Part shown: one piece after another, positions 11,665 through 23,246 of the stretch
Layout: each line of letters begins with the position of its first letter
Position numbering within the stretch: position 1 is the first letter of the stretch
Assembly (NCBI GenBank): GCA_030390025.1
Contig: CM059432.1
Coordinates: 81,594,001 to 81,658,000 of the forward strand
Length of the DNA stretch: 64,000 nucleotides
Origin: Squalus acanthias
Taxonomy: Eukaryota
Direction of reading: 5' to 3'
Program-made: the position numbers and the translations under genes
Notes under the pieces: model-generated
Told to the model about the DNA's origin: nothing
The model's database searches: none
The model's input: the letters and a program-made list of their open reading frames with translations, nothing else

Positions 11665-11711
11665 ATCTATCTGCTCTGCTCCCCAGCATCAGAATGCCAG
11701 TCAAACATAAT

Positions 11712-12453
11712 GGCCCAGAAATTGATCTCGCTCTGTTCCCGCGGGGGTAAGCCTTCCCCGCGATGTCTCACCTCGCTTATGCTTTTTCTGATCCAGCTCG
11801 CACGAACTTGATGTTCCAGACATCAGCTGTGCTGGGCTTGCGTATCCCAGCGGCGCAGTTAATTCGTGCGAGCTGTGGGATCACGTGACTCAGTTAGAGC
11901 CAATGGCAGCACACCATCTTCCATTCATAAGTCTCACAGCATGGCTGTGAGACTTATGAATCTTACACCCCCCCAAAATAACAGCTAAACCTCAATTAAA
12001 TTTAAAAAAAACCATCACATTAATAAAATAAGTATAGTTAATTAAATTAACCATTTTAAATAAAAAATTAAATTTTTGAAAAAATTTAAAATCTTTTAAA
12101 AAGTTATAAAAATAAACTTACCTGTCTTTAAAGTCTATAAAAAAGATATACCTGTAAAAAAAAATTCAAAAAAATACTTAATTCACTACTTACCTTCTTA
12201 AAAGCGGGTCTTACTCCTCCTTTTTACATTTCCAAAATCTTCCCTACTTACCTGCGCGTCCAAAGCATGAAGTGCACAGCGTGCGCGCAGCCTGTAGCGC
12301 GCACGCGATGCACTCAGGCCCCGCCCCCTTTTCGGAAGAGCAATTGCCGGTTTTCAGCGCATGCGCAGGGCATGCAGAAAACCGGCAATTGGAGTGGGAA
12401 TACGCGAGAGTATGCAGTGCGTACTCTCGCGTCCCGGGATCAATTTTCGGCCC
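11712..12453. mobile_element. Harbinger-type MITE family A copy 2 (opposite orientation)
   Basis: TIRs GGCCCAGAAATTGATC / GATCAATTTTCGGCCC; flanks AAT/ATT; reverse-complement similarity to 1927-2688. Confidence 0.8.
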
Positions 12454-12459
12454 ATTATT

Positions 12460-12756
12460 GTTCCATCTAGAGCCATCTTTTGTTTCTTCACTTGTCCCAT
12501 TACCATCTCCTTTTGCCTTGCACCATCTCTTAATGTCTCTTAATCTTTCCTGCCTTCCATCCTATCACAGACCTTCCCTTTTGTTCTTTCCTCCCCTCCC
12601 GCCTTTCCCTGCCCCTGCACTTGCTTAAAAACCTGTTCCATTTCCTGCTTTTTCCAGTTCTGACGAAGGGTCATCGACCTGAAACGTTAACTCTGTTTCT
12701 CTCTCCACAGATGCTACCTGACCTGCTGAGTATTTCCAGCATTTTCTGTGTTTATA
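12460..12756 (+). mobile_element. Penelope pLTR fragment
   Basis: Reverse-complement match to 37070-37329 and 41495-41575 of the RT/GIY-YIG element. Confidence 0.8.
12656..12692 (+). ncRNA. Minimal hammerhead ribozyme
   Basis: AGTT-CTGACGA-AGGGTC ATC GACCT-GAAA-CGTT-AACT. Confidence 0.75.
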
Positions 12757-12758
12757 TT

Positions 12759-13522
12759 GGGCCAGAAATTCGGATCTCCACGGGTGAGTACGCGCTGTGT
12801 ACTCACCCGTAGACCCAACGAAAGTGCCGGTTTCGCACATGCACTGCGCATACGCTGGAAACCGGAACTTCCGTTCCCTTGAAGGAAGGGGTTCAGAGGT
12901 CAAACGCATGCGCCGGAGAGGCAGCGCGCACGCATCAGACTTCCGGTTTTTTTCAGGTTTCTGTGTGAGGGTAAGTCCCCAGCAGCTGCGCGGAGAAAAA
13001 GCAGGTGCAAGGCCTGCTTTTAACAAGGTAAGTGGTGAATTAACTAAAATTAAAACATTTTTTCCAAAGGTTTATTATTTTTAAATACTTTAAAGAAAGA
13101 TAACTTTATTTTTAGCCCCGTTAAAAACTGTAATTAATTTTTTCAAAAATTTAAATTATTGTTTAAAATAGTTATTTAGTGTAATTTATAGTTATTTTAA
13201 AAATGTGATGTTTTTTTTTAAATTTATTTGAAGTTTTAGTGAGGTTTTGGGGCCGATCTCTATTCATAGATTTGACAGGTCTTCCTGTCAAATCTATGAA
13301 TGGAGATTCCCTGTTCTGATTGGCTCTCCATGGCCCATGTGGTCCCAGGGGATACTTCGAACTAACTGCGCCCCTGGGATGCGCAAGCACTGTGCGCCGG
13401 CAGTTGGAGGAGGCCCAGGATCGGAATTCCACGCGGCCCCAGAGCACAACGGCAGGCGCGCTAGGTAAGTGCAGGTTGGGGGCTTGCACCCGCGGGAAGC
13501 CGCCGACCCAAATTTCTGGCCC
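12759..13522. mobile_element. Harbinger-type MITE family A copy 3
   Basis: TIRs GGGCCAGAAATT / AATTTCTGGCCC; colinear with 1927-2688. Confidence 0.85.
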
Positions 13523-14552
13523 ATATATATAATATTGAGAGACCATTTTCTGTTACCATCAAAAATGAAAGCTGAAAAGTTTTCAGCTGGTCCATGGACA
13601 GCCTGGGAACTTTTTAAACTTCATTTCATACCAGCTGTGATTACATTGAAGTCAATTGACATGGGAGCATTTCCTGCAGATAATCTAAGACAATCGCCAA
13701 AATCTGATTTATACAATTTCACACACTACAAACTGAAAGTTTGTTTGCAGTTAATATCTGTAGTATAACTGGCCTAAAGTAAGTTGAGTAAAGTCACAAT
13801 AGGGCAAACTGAAAATGGGGTTTGTGGGCTAGATGACCTCTTCTCAAAAGTTAGTTTCTACTGTTCTTCTTTTGCAGAAAAGGTCCTGCTATTATCTAGT
13901 TAATAAACTAGTGCCAGGGGAAAAATGCATTCATTTTAGACAATAATAGTAATTTACACAAGATTTCCCTTGTTTTGCAGATAACAGATTATTGCCTGTG
14001 CCAATTTTAATATATGTAATGATGATTTGAGTATATGGCCGTGAAATTCAACCATGTAGTGCCAGTAGTTTTGGCCTTTTTCTTTAAAAATGGCGTCCAC
14101 CTCACTTCCGGCGTGGCCTGCGCTGTTTGCCACCTTGGTGAGGGCAATAACGTGGGTGGTACGTGCGTGTGCCAGTAGTATGTAGAGTAGGCAGATCATG
14201 TGGTCAGTTGGCAAGTAACGCTGATTTGACGCACGACCTGCCATTTTCAACGTCGCCGCTCCATTCAACGCTCTCTCCTAAACATCAGAATGTGCATTCA
14301 GCTGCACGAGGGACACCACCCCCCCCCCACCCCCCACCTCCACCAGGAGGGACCCCCCCACCACCAGCACTATTTAAAGGGATACACCCAACTTGCAGGT
14401 AAGTTGCTTATTATTTTTGTACTGGCTCTTGTAGAGTTTGCATGAGTACTGGGTTGCTGTAAGAGATTTAAAAAGTTGTTAAAGTGTGCAGGCAGTGCTG
14501 CTGGACATTGGGAAGGCGTTGGTTGCTACTGGAAGGCCTCTGAGTACACCAC

Positions 14553-15475
14553 TTGCTCCCAGTCATTGGGACTCTAGTTGTACTCCCCCTCATCCTCAGC
14601 ATGACGGAGATGGAGCACAGGCAGCAAAGAAGACAAGCTGCTCACAGAGGGAGGGGGAGGAGGGGGAGGAAGGCTCTCAGCAGGAGGCCTTACCCACCTA
14701 GGGTCTTCAGGGAGCACTTCTCCTACCTGCACCTAAGCCAGGAGCAGTGCATTCGGCGGCTCCGCTTCACCAAGGAGCTGGTCACAGAACTCTGGCACCT
14801 CTTGGAACCAGACCTGCAGCCTCAGAACAGGGCGACAGTGGCGCTGCTAGTGGCCCTCAAGGTGACCGTGGCCCTGAATTTTTTTGCCAGCGGATCCTTC
14901 CATGCTGGAGCAGGTGACATAACAAGCATCTTGCAGTTCGCTATCCATCCGGGAGGTCACAGAGGCTCTGTACGCTAGGAGAGGGGACTTCATTGTCTTC
15001 TCATTAGACAAAGAGAAGTAGGAGGAGTGCACACGTGGCTTTGCCAGGATATCAGGCTTCCCCACGGTTCAGCGTGCCATCGACTGCACACACATGGCTT
15101 TGCGGGTACTGCATCTCAATGGTGAGATGTTCCGTAACTACAAAGGGTTCCACTCACTTAATGTGCAGTTGGAGTGTGAACATGCCCAGCACCTCCTGAA
15201 GGTCAATGACCGCTATCCTGGCAGCAGTCATGATGCATTCGTTCTGTGTCAATCCGCTGTGCCAGCAATCTTCCAGCCACCACATTGAACCCAAGGGTGG
15301 CTGCTTGGCGACAAGGGCTATCCACTCTACACCGGTCTGATGACTTCCATCCGCAACCCCAACATTCATGGACAGCACTCATATAATGAGAACCATGCTG
15401 TCACGAGGAACGTCATTGAGCAGACCATTGGGGTGCTGAAGCAACCTTTCCTCTGCCTTGACCACTCTGGAGGCC
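14553..15475 (+). pseudogene. Harbinger (HARBI1-like) DDE transposase, disrupted
   Basis: [66 protein letters not shown]. Confidence 0.9.
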
Positions 15476-16170
15476 ATCACTGCCAGCAGTGTTGCCCCTA
15501 CCACCTGGCTCCAGTGCCCAAAGAAGCTTCATGACCTCAGACCAGTGGTCAAGGTCAGTGAATGCATCTTCAAATGCATCTCCTATTAACTGCACCACTA
15601 GCCTAATACACTTCTCAATGCACGACCCCCATCACTCACCTACCAACAATCTGCACCAATCATGAGGCACATCTCCCATTCCTAGCCTTACCTCACCCCC
15701 TTGGAGGAGACCATTCTTGGCAGGGGCATGGCTGAGCCCTTGGCCAGTGGCGGGGCTGAAAGGATACAAGATGTTGGTAACCTCATACGTTATCCTCCTT
15801 CTGGCATGCACCTCATGTTTTCCCGCCGTCCCATCACCACAACTCCACCCTTGTGCCTTCCTCATTTCACACACCCAAGAAATGCAGCCTGACCATCCAG
15901 CGGGTGACCAAGAAGAGGGAGAGGAGAGTGAAGAAGAACAAGAAGATGAAGATTGATTTCACACTCCCAGCCAGCAGCTCCTCAAGGTCGACCAGCAAGG
16001 CCATTTGCAGTGTCCCCCACTGAAAGTCAGCAACCTTCCACCAGCCATGCAACCATTGGGTTAGCACTACATGACATCAGTAGGATAGGCAAAGGCACAC
16101 ACAAGACAGTCACTAAGGGAATGCATAACATAATGATGAGTTGATTTCCTGATGTCACATTGGATGGATA

Positions 16171-16456
16171 GACATAGAAACATAGAAGATAGGAGCAGGA
16201 GTAGGCCATTCGGCCCCTCGAACCTGCTCCGCCATTCGATGAGATCATGGCTGATCATCCAAACTCAGTACCCTGTACCTGCCTTCTCCCCATATCCCTT
16301 GATAGTTTTAGCTTTAAGAAATATATCTAACTCATTCTTGAATATATTTAATGACTTGGCCTCAACTACCTTCTGTGGTAGAGAATTCCACAGGTTCACC
16401 ACTCTCTGGGTGAAGAAATTCTTCCTCATTTCTGTCCTAAATGGCTTACCCCTTAT
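16171..16456 (-). mobile_element. CR1 3' fragment
   Basis: Reverse complement encodes RRNFFTQRVV-like RT C-terminus plus GGCCTACTCCTGCTCCTAT..TTCTATG tail, as at 32200-32585. Confidence 0.85.
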
Positions 16457-17832
16457 CTGTATGACGTATATAGTCGGATTGGAAAGTTTGCTTTGTGGTG
16501 GCTTTTATTTCAACATTGTGGCCAAGAGAACGCTGTGATAGTCAATAACAGAGGGAAGGTAAGGTGTGGGACTAATGTTGAAAGGGGAATTGGGGTTGTG
16601 ATCACTGCGACCGCAATTGGATGATTCCATCCCGGATATCCCGGCCAGAAGGGGGCTGTCTGGGTTGCATCCTTCCTTCTGCTTCCTCCCCTTCTGCATC
16701 TTCCTCTTATCTCTGCGAGCGGATGTCACCAGCTGGCAAAAGAGCGGCCACCGCTGTTTTAGCGACATTTATTGGCGCTAAGGCCATGAATTTCTCACCC
16801 AAAGTTTTTCAAATCTGAACCCCAACCAGAAGCCCCCTCCAACTTGCCCACTTCCGATTTTAGCGGAGGCGGGACCAGGGGGTGGGCTGCCAATCCGCTC
16901 CCAGGAGGAGGTTCGTCCATTTAAAGAATATAATGAGGCTGGAAGCCTCCGCTTTAACCTCCATTTTGAATTTAACTTTAGCTGGTCGAGTTTTGCAGGC
17001 CTCGTGAAACCCGCCAGCTAAAGTAAGGCGAGGACTGATGGATCCAGGCAGTAAGTGCCTTTACACTTACCTCCTGGATCCAGTGTCACTGCCTAACCCC
17101 ACTCCCCCCGCGATCGGAGACCCCCCCACGAGGCCTCCCACCCCTCCCACGCCATGCTCCTCCGGCCGCCAATCGTTCCCTAACCACCCCACCACCCCCC
17201 CACTCCTCCGGCCCCCGATCCTCACCCACCACCCCCCTACCCCATGCTTGTCCCGGCCCCCGATCCTCACCCACCACCCCCCTACCCCGTGCTGGTCCCA
17301 GTCCCCAATCCTCACTGACCCCTTTCCCTGATCCTCCAGCCCTCCCTGTGTTCCTCCAGCCGCCCCCTGGCCCCTACGCGATCCCTCCCTCACTCCTCTG
17401 GCCGGCTGCGGGTGGGAAACAGAGGTTTGAAATGCAAATCAGGCCTGCTGTTAAATTCGGCAGGGCCTGCGGGAAACCCATTCTCCTGAGTTTCCTGACC
17501 ACTTCGGAGCCCCCGCCACTCCCAACCCACCTTCCCCATTAAAATTCAGGCCTGAATGAGCACTAACTCAGGACAGTGTCCCCAGCTGCACTGTCCTCTG
17601 CCCTCTCCCAGCCCTCAGAATATTTTTCCTTATGCATATGCCTATACCCACACGTAAAACTAAAGCATACCTGTGGCTACCTCATTCATCTATAAGTCAT
17701 TTTCTGATCGCATACAATTTTCAGGCCATTTTCTTCTTTAATCTATTTTACAATCTATTTTAACAAGTCTTAAGTGTAGGCATGTCGTATGTTTAGACAC
17801 CCTGCTCTCGAACTCACTCAATAAAATTCTGA

Positions 17833-18725
17833 GGGGTAAAAATTCAGTTGGTTGCGCCTCCCGTTAGCGCCTTAAGAGGGCGCTAATGGGGCGCAAAGCC
17901 GCTAACGCCCGGGTGCAGCGATGTTTGCGCCGCTCAGGAACTTAACTAGACATTGTGCGGCGGCGCTAAACTTTACCGCTGCGACCACCTGCGCGCGCAG
18001 ATTGTGACGTCATTCCATGGTGCAATGCCCTTGTGGCGCCCCGGAGCGGAAATTGAGTGGCGCCCCCTGCCTTACCGCCTGACGCTAGCAACGACAGGTT
18101 GAGGGGAGCGTTCTGCAGTCATGAAGGGAAAGGGGGAGCGCTATTTAAAGGTGACCGCTTCCTGCCTTTTATTGTTGGTGGCATTTTTGAACTACGCATT
18201 CTGAGAGAGAGAGGGAGAGACTTCTGGAGAGATTCAACGTTGTGTGAAGGAGTTTTGGGTACTGAGCAGCACTTTGCAGGTTCATTTTGATTTGCCATTC
18301 CTTGTATCGATTTAGCAGAGACTGTGGGAGCTGCACTCTGAGCTCTTTGCCTGGTACTCTCCATTGTTCTTTCCAGCACATTTGATGTGCAAGTCTCTCC
18401 AGGCCGAGATTCAAGGCTGCAATGAACAGGATGTGGATGGAAAGCAAGATTAACCATCCCCTTTAAGAACTGGCCCGTGCCATTGTGTGTGTGTTCCATT
18501 GCTGACTGACATTACATGAGCTTCGCCAGCGCTCTGAGTTAGCGCCTCACTCCTTAGCCTTTGCGCCTTAAGACAGGTGTGCAGCGCCTGATTTAGCACT
18601 CCACTCACCTCCCGGGGCGGTAAAAGTGAAGTTTCCAGTCAGTGGCGATAATTAGCGCCAGGCGCTAATATTTGCGTCCAGACGATATTTGCGCCCCAAA
18701 TGGGGCGCGACCTAATTTTTACCCC
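17833..18725. mobile_element. Non-autonomous Harbinger (family B) related to 37330-41491
   Basis: Perfect TIR GGGGTAAAAATT; TSD TGA (17830-17832, 18726-18728); both subterminal regions nearly identical to the ends of 37330-41491. Confidence 0.9.
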
Positions 18726-18799
18726 TGAATCTTTAACTTCAAGATTATGCAGAGGCTGGACAGGGAGAAAAGCTGGAAAAGGTTTTTGACCTGATCCAA

Positions 18800-19355
18800 C
18801 AGTCATTGTTTGCAGAGATTTCGGTTGACAAATCCAACAGTTCTTGGCTTCCATTACAAGGTAGGAATTAATTCAAAAAACGATTCTGCAATGAGCACAA
18901 TCTTGCCACTATCAGTAAACATTACGACTACCATCACCTTTCGTGCTACTGGTATCTTTCAAGACCTGCAGGTGATATCACAATGAATCCACAACATCCA
19001 GTGGAATACGACAGTGGCATTGCTTAAGGTAACGTATCATTCAATGTTTTTTCTTTGCACCTTTAGTCAGCAACAGGAAATTAAGAAACCGGAATAACAT
19101 TCTCAGCTTCCTCAAGGTCCTGGGAAAAATGAGAACATGTACAGTGTACTGCCACAGAATGCATTCCTTTCCTGGAATCAGAGGGAGTTGTGTGTGCTCT
19201 GTGAATGTGCAGCTCGGCAGTGATGTCAAAAATGTCATCACTCATTTGCTGGCAAACTTCCCAGGATTCTGCCACAATGCATTTATTTTACCTCAATTGT
19301 CTCTTTGCAAACACTTTCAGACAAGATAACAGCCTGAAGGGCTGTTGGTGGGTGA
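18800..19355 (+). pseudogene. Highly decayed Harbinger transposase fossil
   Basis: SVNVQLGSD...ANFPGFCHNAFIL matches the LNVQLVCD...[11 protein letters not shown] motif. Confidence 0.6.
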
Positions 19356-19741
19356 GTATTCAATTCTTTCTTTCATGGGTAAGATTGGCCTGTCATGGTA
19401 TGAATTGTAGCCTAAGGATTTTTATTTTGCAGGTGGCAATGGCTCATTGAAAGCCCTGACCAGGGCGGGGAAAAGATCTGGAACTTGGGGAGGTGGTGGT
19501 GGGAGAGGGTGAGGGGGAAGGGTAGAAGGTCAGGAGTTCGGGGGGCAGAAGGCTAGGAGCTCGGGGAGGGTAGAAGATCAGGAACTTGGGGAGGGTGGAG
19601 CGGTGGGGGGAGAGCACGGAGAGAACAATGGGAATGGGGGATCCAGTGGGGATGCTGAATTACATAATTTGAGCTGTAAGGTTGGTTTAGTGAGGCACAT
19701 TTCATTCAACAAGAACAGGTGAGGGTGACGTCATTGCAAGT

Positions 19742-19939
19742 CATGATGCGGAGATGCCGGTGTTGGACTGGGGTGGACAAAAATGAGAAGTCGCACAACA
19801 CCAGGTTATAGTCCAACAGTTTTATTTGAAATTACGAGCTTTCGGAGCGCTGCTCCTTCGTCAGGTAAAGTGAGGGAATGACGAAGGAGCAGCGCTCCAA
19901 AAGCTCGTAATTTCAAATAAAACTGTTGGACTATAACCT
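19742..19939. mobile_element. Short Penelope-like element inserted in the left arm of the foldback
   Basis: Same family as 8474-8869; ~12-bp TSD GTCATTGCAAGT (19730-19741, 19940-19951). Confidence 0.8.
19832..19868 (-). ncRNA. Minimal hammerhead ribozyme
   Basis: Reverse complement: TTAC-CTGACGA-AGGAGC AGC GCTCC-GAAA-GCTC-GTAA. Confidence 0.75.
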
Positions 19940-20667
19940 GTCATTGCAAGTGACATCATTAGCAGAACCATAGATTCTTAGCATGCGCTGAGAATGATGT
20001 CATTGAGTGGCCCGGCTCATGCGCAGGATGACATCATGGGTCAATCAAAAACCGGATATATCCACACTGTGATCCAGGTCTAAAAGGGGGGGGATGAGAG
20101 CGAGAACATGATCCAGATGGGAAGACGGATTACACTCTCCCCACTCTGTTAGATGTGGATCACATTCTTCCAACCCCACCCCCAGCCCCTTTACACCCGC
20201 AGCACGTTCTCCCTCTCCTTCCCCCTAGATCTAGATCACGCTCTTGACCATGAACGGCAGTGACTTGATTTCTCGGAAAGCCCGGCGCGTATGCGGCAAG
20301 TGACATCATTGGACTGGCTGAAATCCGGAAGTCATGACACTGTCACTATTCACTTCGTACCCAATAACCTTGTTAACAATCCCTGACCCACACACAATGC
20401 CCCATCAGTCACCGCAGCTCTCAGCCAGAGTGTTTAGTTTGACGGAGTGATTAGCGACAGCGTGGCTACTTCCCGTTTTCGATTGACCTGTGATGTCATC
20501 CTGCGCATGAGCCGGGCCACTCGATGATGTCATTGTCAGCGCATGCTAAAAATCTACGGTTCTGGTAGTGATGTCACTTGCAATTACATCACCCTCACCT
20601 GTTCTCATTGAATGAAATGTGCCTCACTAAACCAACCTTGCAGCTCAAATTATGTAAAATAGTAATT

Positions 20668-20822
20668 GCTGTGGATTTCACTCAGCAAATCAGGCAGCAT
20701 TTACGGAAAGAGAAACAGAGTCAACGTTTCATGTTCTGATGAAAGGTCATCAACCTGAAACATTGACTCTGCTTCTCTCTCCACAGATGCTGCCTGACTT
20801 GCTGAGCATTTCCAACATTTTA
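20668..20822. mobile_element. Inverted pair of Penelope pLTR ends with a degenerate hammerhead
   Basis: CTGATGAAAGGTCATCAACCTGAAAC core plus CTCTCTCCACAGATGCTGCCTGAC, mirrored at 20680-20730. Confidence 0.65.
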
Positions 20823-20835
20823 TGTTATATATATA

Positions 20836-20928
20836 CAGATCAGCCATGATCTTATTGAATGGCGGAGCAGGCTCGAAGGGCCGATTGGCCTACTCCTGCT
20901 CCTATTTCTTATGTTCTTATGTTCTTAT
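20836..20928 (+). mobile_element. CR1 3' tail fragment
   Basis: CAGATCAGCCATGATCTT...GGCCTACTCCTGCTCCTATTTCTTATGTTCTTATG matches 32506-32585. Confidence 0.85.
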
Positions 20929-22610
20929 CACTCAACTGATGATTGGGAGGAGGTCGACTGGGCAGGCCATGCGTGGTCGTGTGAAAGTTATCTTGCTTTT
21001 CTAGGTGACCCTCCAAATTAACAGGTAGATGCCACTGTCATGGCTGCACTGGAGCCGCTTCACTGGAACAGCCTGCGTGTGACAATGACTGGATCTAATT
21101 ACACATTGCAGAGGCTTCAAATTACTCTCCAGCAGGCAGGATCAAATTACACATTCCAGACAAACTGTTGGGTGTCTTATTCTCGAAGGGGTCAATCAGA
21201 AATCTGGTCCACTTGTAGTGCAAATAAACGCAGCCAAAACTGACTGCTGACTCTGCTCTAGTCCAGCACTCTATCAAAAGAGAAATCGGTGAAATTCTTC
21301 TTGTTGATAATTTTATCAAAAAAATAAATCTGCAAATATAAAACATTTTATACTCACTAATAATTATTGACGGGGGAAACTTTATCCCATAATCAAACAT
21401 ACTCTACCACTTGAGATGCAAAAGAGCAAAAATTTGGCATTCTCAATATATGGTGCAATGTCATATGGTCTATTACAATAGGTGTGCGACAGTTCGGTGA
21501 CCTGTTGTGCTTTATGCAATATTACTGTATGTCTTAGAACAGTGCTAGAACTGTGCTTATAAAAATGTCATCACCAGAGCAGCTTTATATTCCAGCAGCA
21601 TCTGCACAAGGTCTTGCTCAAGCCACATACATCAGAACTTAATTAATCCAACAGCAATTTTGAAGATAGATCCTTTTACAGTTCAAAAAAAATTGATTGT
21701 AGAATCATTCCTTATATTCCTCCGTACTGTGGCTCAATAGCTCAGGTGCTGATTTTCAGCATGGTATCAACAACCGGCCTTTTGTGGCCAAGCTTTAGCC
21801 CTGACTCATGCTTTTCTTTTGTTTTTCTATTCCTTGAGAGGATGTGGGTCGATACCTTCTCTACCCTTCCTGGCATCTGTGTGGGTGAGCCTTGCACCAG
21901 TTTGTGTGCACTCTGGCCACATTCCAGTTAGCTGTACAAAGCTAGAATATAGGATGCTCAAAGGAAAATGTTTCGAAAAGATAAATTGAGGCCAACAATA
22001 ATTTATTATATCACAGGAGCAACATGTCCTGTATGCTTTAATTTAATGTGATTTATTTTGTTACAATGCCATTCCTGGCTCCACAACAAAACTGCGGCCT
22101 GCTGCCGTTCTGTGCTCAAATCCCCACTCCCCATTGGCTCCCCTCCCCCAGATCTGACCTGCCAACTGGCACAGAGTAGGAGCCAGCCTTACTAAAACAC
22201 TAGAAAACTGCCAATGAGAAACTAATTAGGACTTGAGATAATAACCAATCCTAAATAACCATCCTGCCAATATAACACCATCCTGCCATCTGTGTCCTAT
22301 TATAATATAAATATATCCATATTTGGGTGGATATACCATACACCGGACACCATCCCTGCCAGAAAATCCCAGAAATGGTTATGGTTGGAAGGGCTCCCCT
22401 TCCATTTTGCTTCCCCTACCCCCCCAGTTATGCAGGTTTACTGATATAACAAAGGTGGAAATTTGTCCCTTACTTCTAATTGGATCCACAATGCAAAAAT
22501 CCCAGAATACAATGTAATAAAAATGAAATTGTACTTATTCAGTCACCATAACTCAGTGATCATGATGTTATGGCCCACATGACGTAACACACCTATTGTT
22601 ATAAAACAGT

Positions 22611-23246
22611 GCCCTAAGAATTCCCGCGCACAATACTTACCCTGAGCACGAATGGTAGGGTCCGAGGAGACCTGGATATTGGGCATCAGACCTCATTCCC
22701 ATATGAACAGCGCTGCCGGAGAAAGCCAAGAAGATAAGTGAGGGAAGTTCAGGCCGCTGCTAGTGTCGCAGCAGTCCACAGGTAAGTGATTGCCTTGGGG
22801 TGTTGGGGGTGGGGGTGGGAATAATGCGTCTCGGGGGGAGATTGGGGCTTTGATTGGGCATCTCGGGGCCATGGGGGAGGGAGATCGGGGGGAGGGGGGA
22901 GGGGGGAGGGAGTGGTGATCGGAAGGGGCTTTTAATGTGGGGTTGGGAGGAGCACTCCTGCTCCTACCTGCTCCACATTCAGGTAAGTAACTTATCTATT
23001 TTTGTTGCAGGCGTTCTGCAGGGTTGGTTTCCCTGAGTGCTGGCTGCCTCAGGGCAACCTAGTCCAGCAGTGGGGACCTCAAGCACATGTTAGGCCCCTC
23101 ATTTGCACACGCCTGTTTCAGACGTGGGTAAAGGATGCCTCTTGTTTATCCTTACCCAATCTGACACTTCCTGCCCGCCATTTTGGGGATTTAGGAGGCC
23201 GCGTAGCTCCTGAAAAACAAATCCTATGTGGCCCAATTTCTAGGCC
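22611..23246. mobile_element. Harbinger-type MITE
   Basis: Imperfect TIR GCCCTAAGAATT / AATTTCTAGGCC; 3-bp TSD AGT on both sides. Confidence 0.6.

Larger units (their letters stand above)
14037..16800. mobile_element. Decayed, rearranged PIF/Harbinger element
   Basis: TIR-like GGCCGTGAAATTCA / TGAATTTCTCACCC; transposase remnant followed by Myb-gene remnants. Confidence 0.7.
19660..20657. mobile_element. Unclassified foldback/MITE element with ~200-bp inverted arms
   Basis: TTACATAATTTGAGCTG... (19660-20070, interrupted) is the reverse complement of 20457-20657; possible TA flanks. Confidence 0.75.

Noticed and set aside
16805..17552. Further MITE with C-rich repeats and Pro-rich ORFs
   Set aside because: Only one TIR-like end (AAAATTCAGGCC) is clear, and the ORFs are low-complexity.
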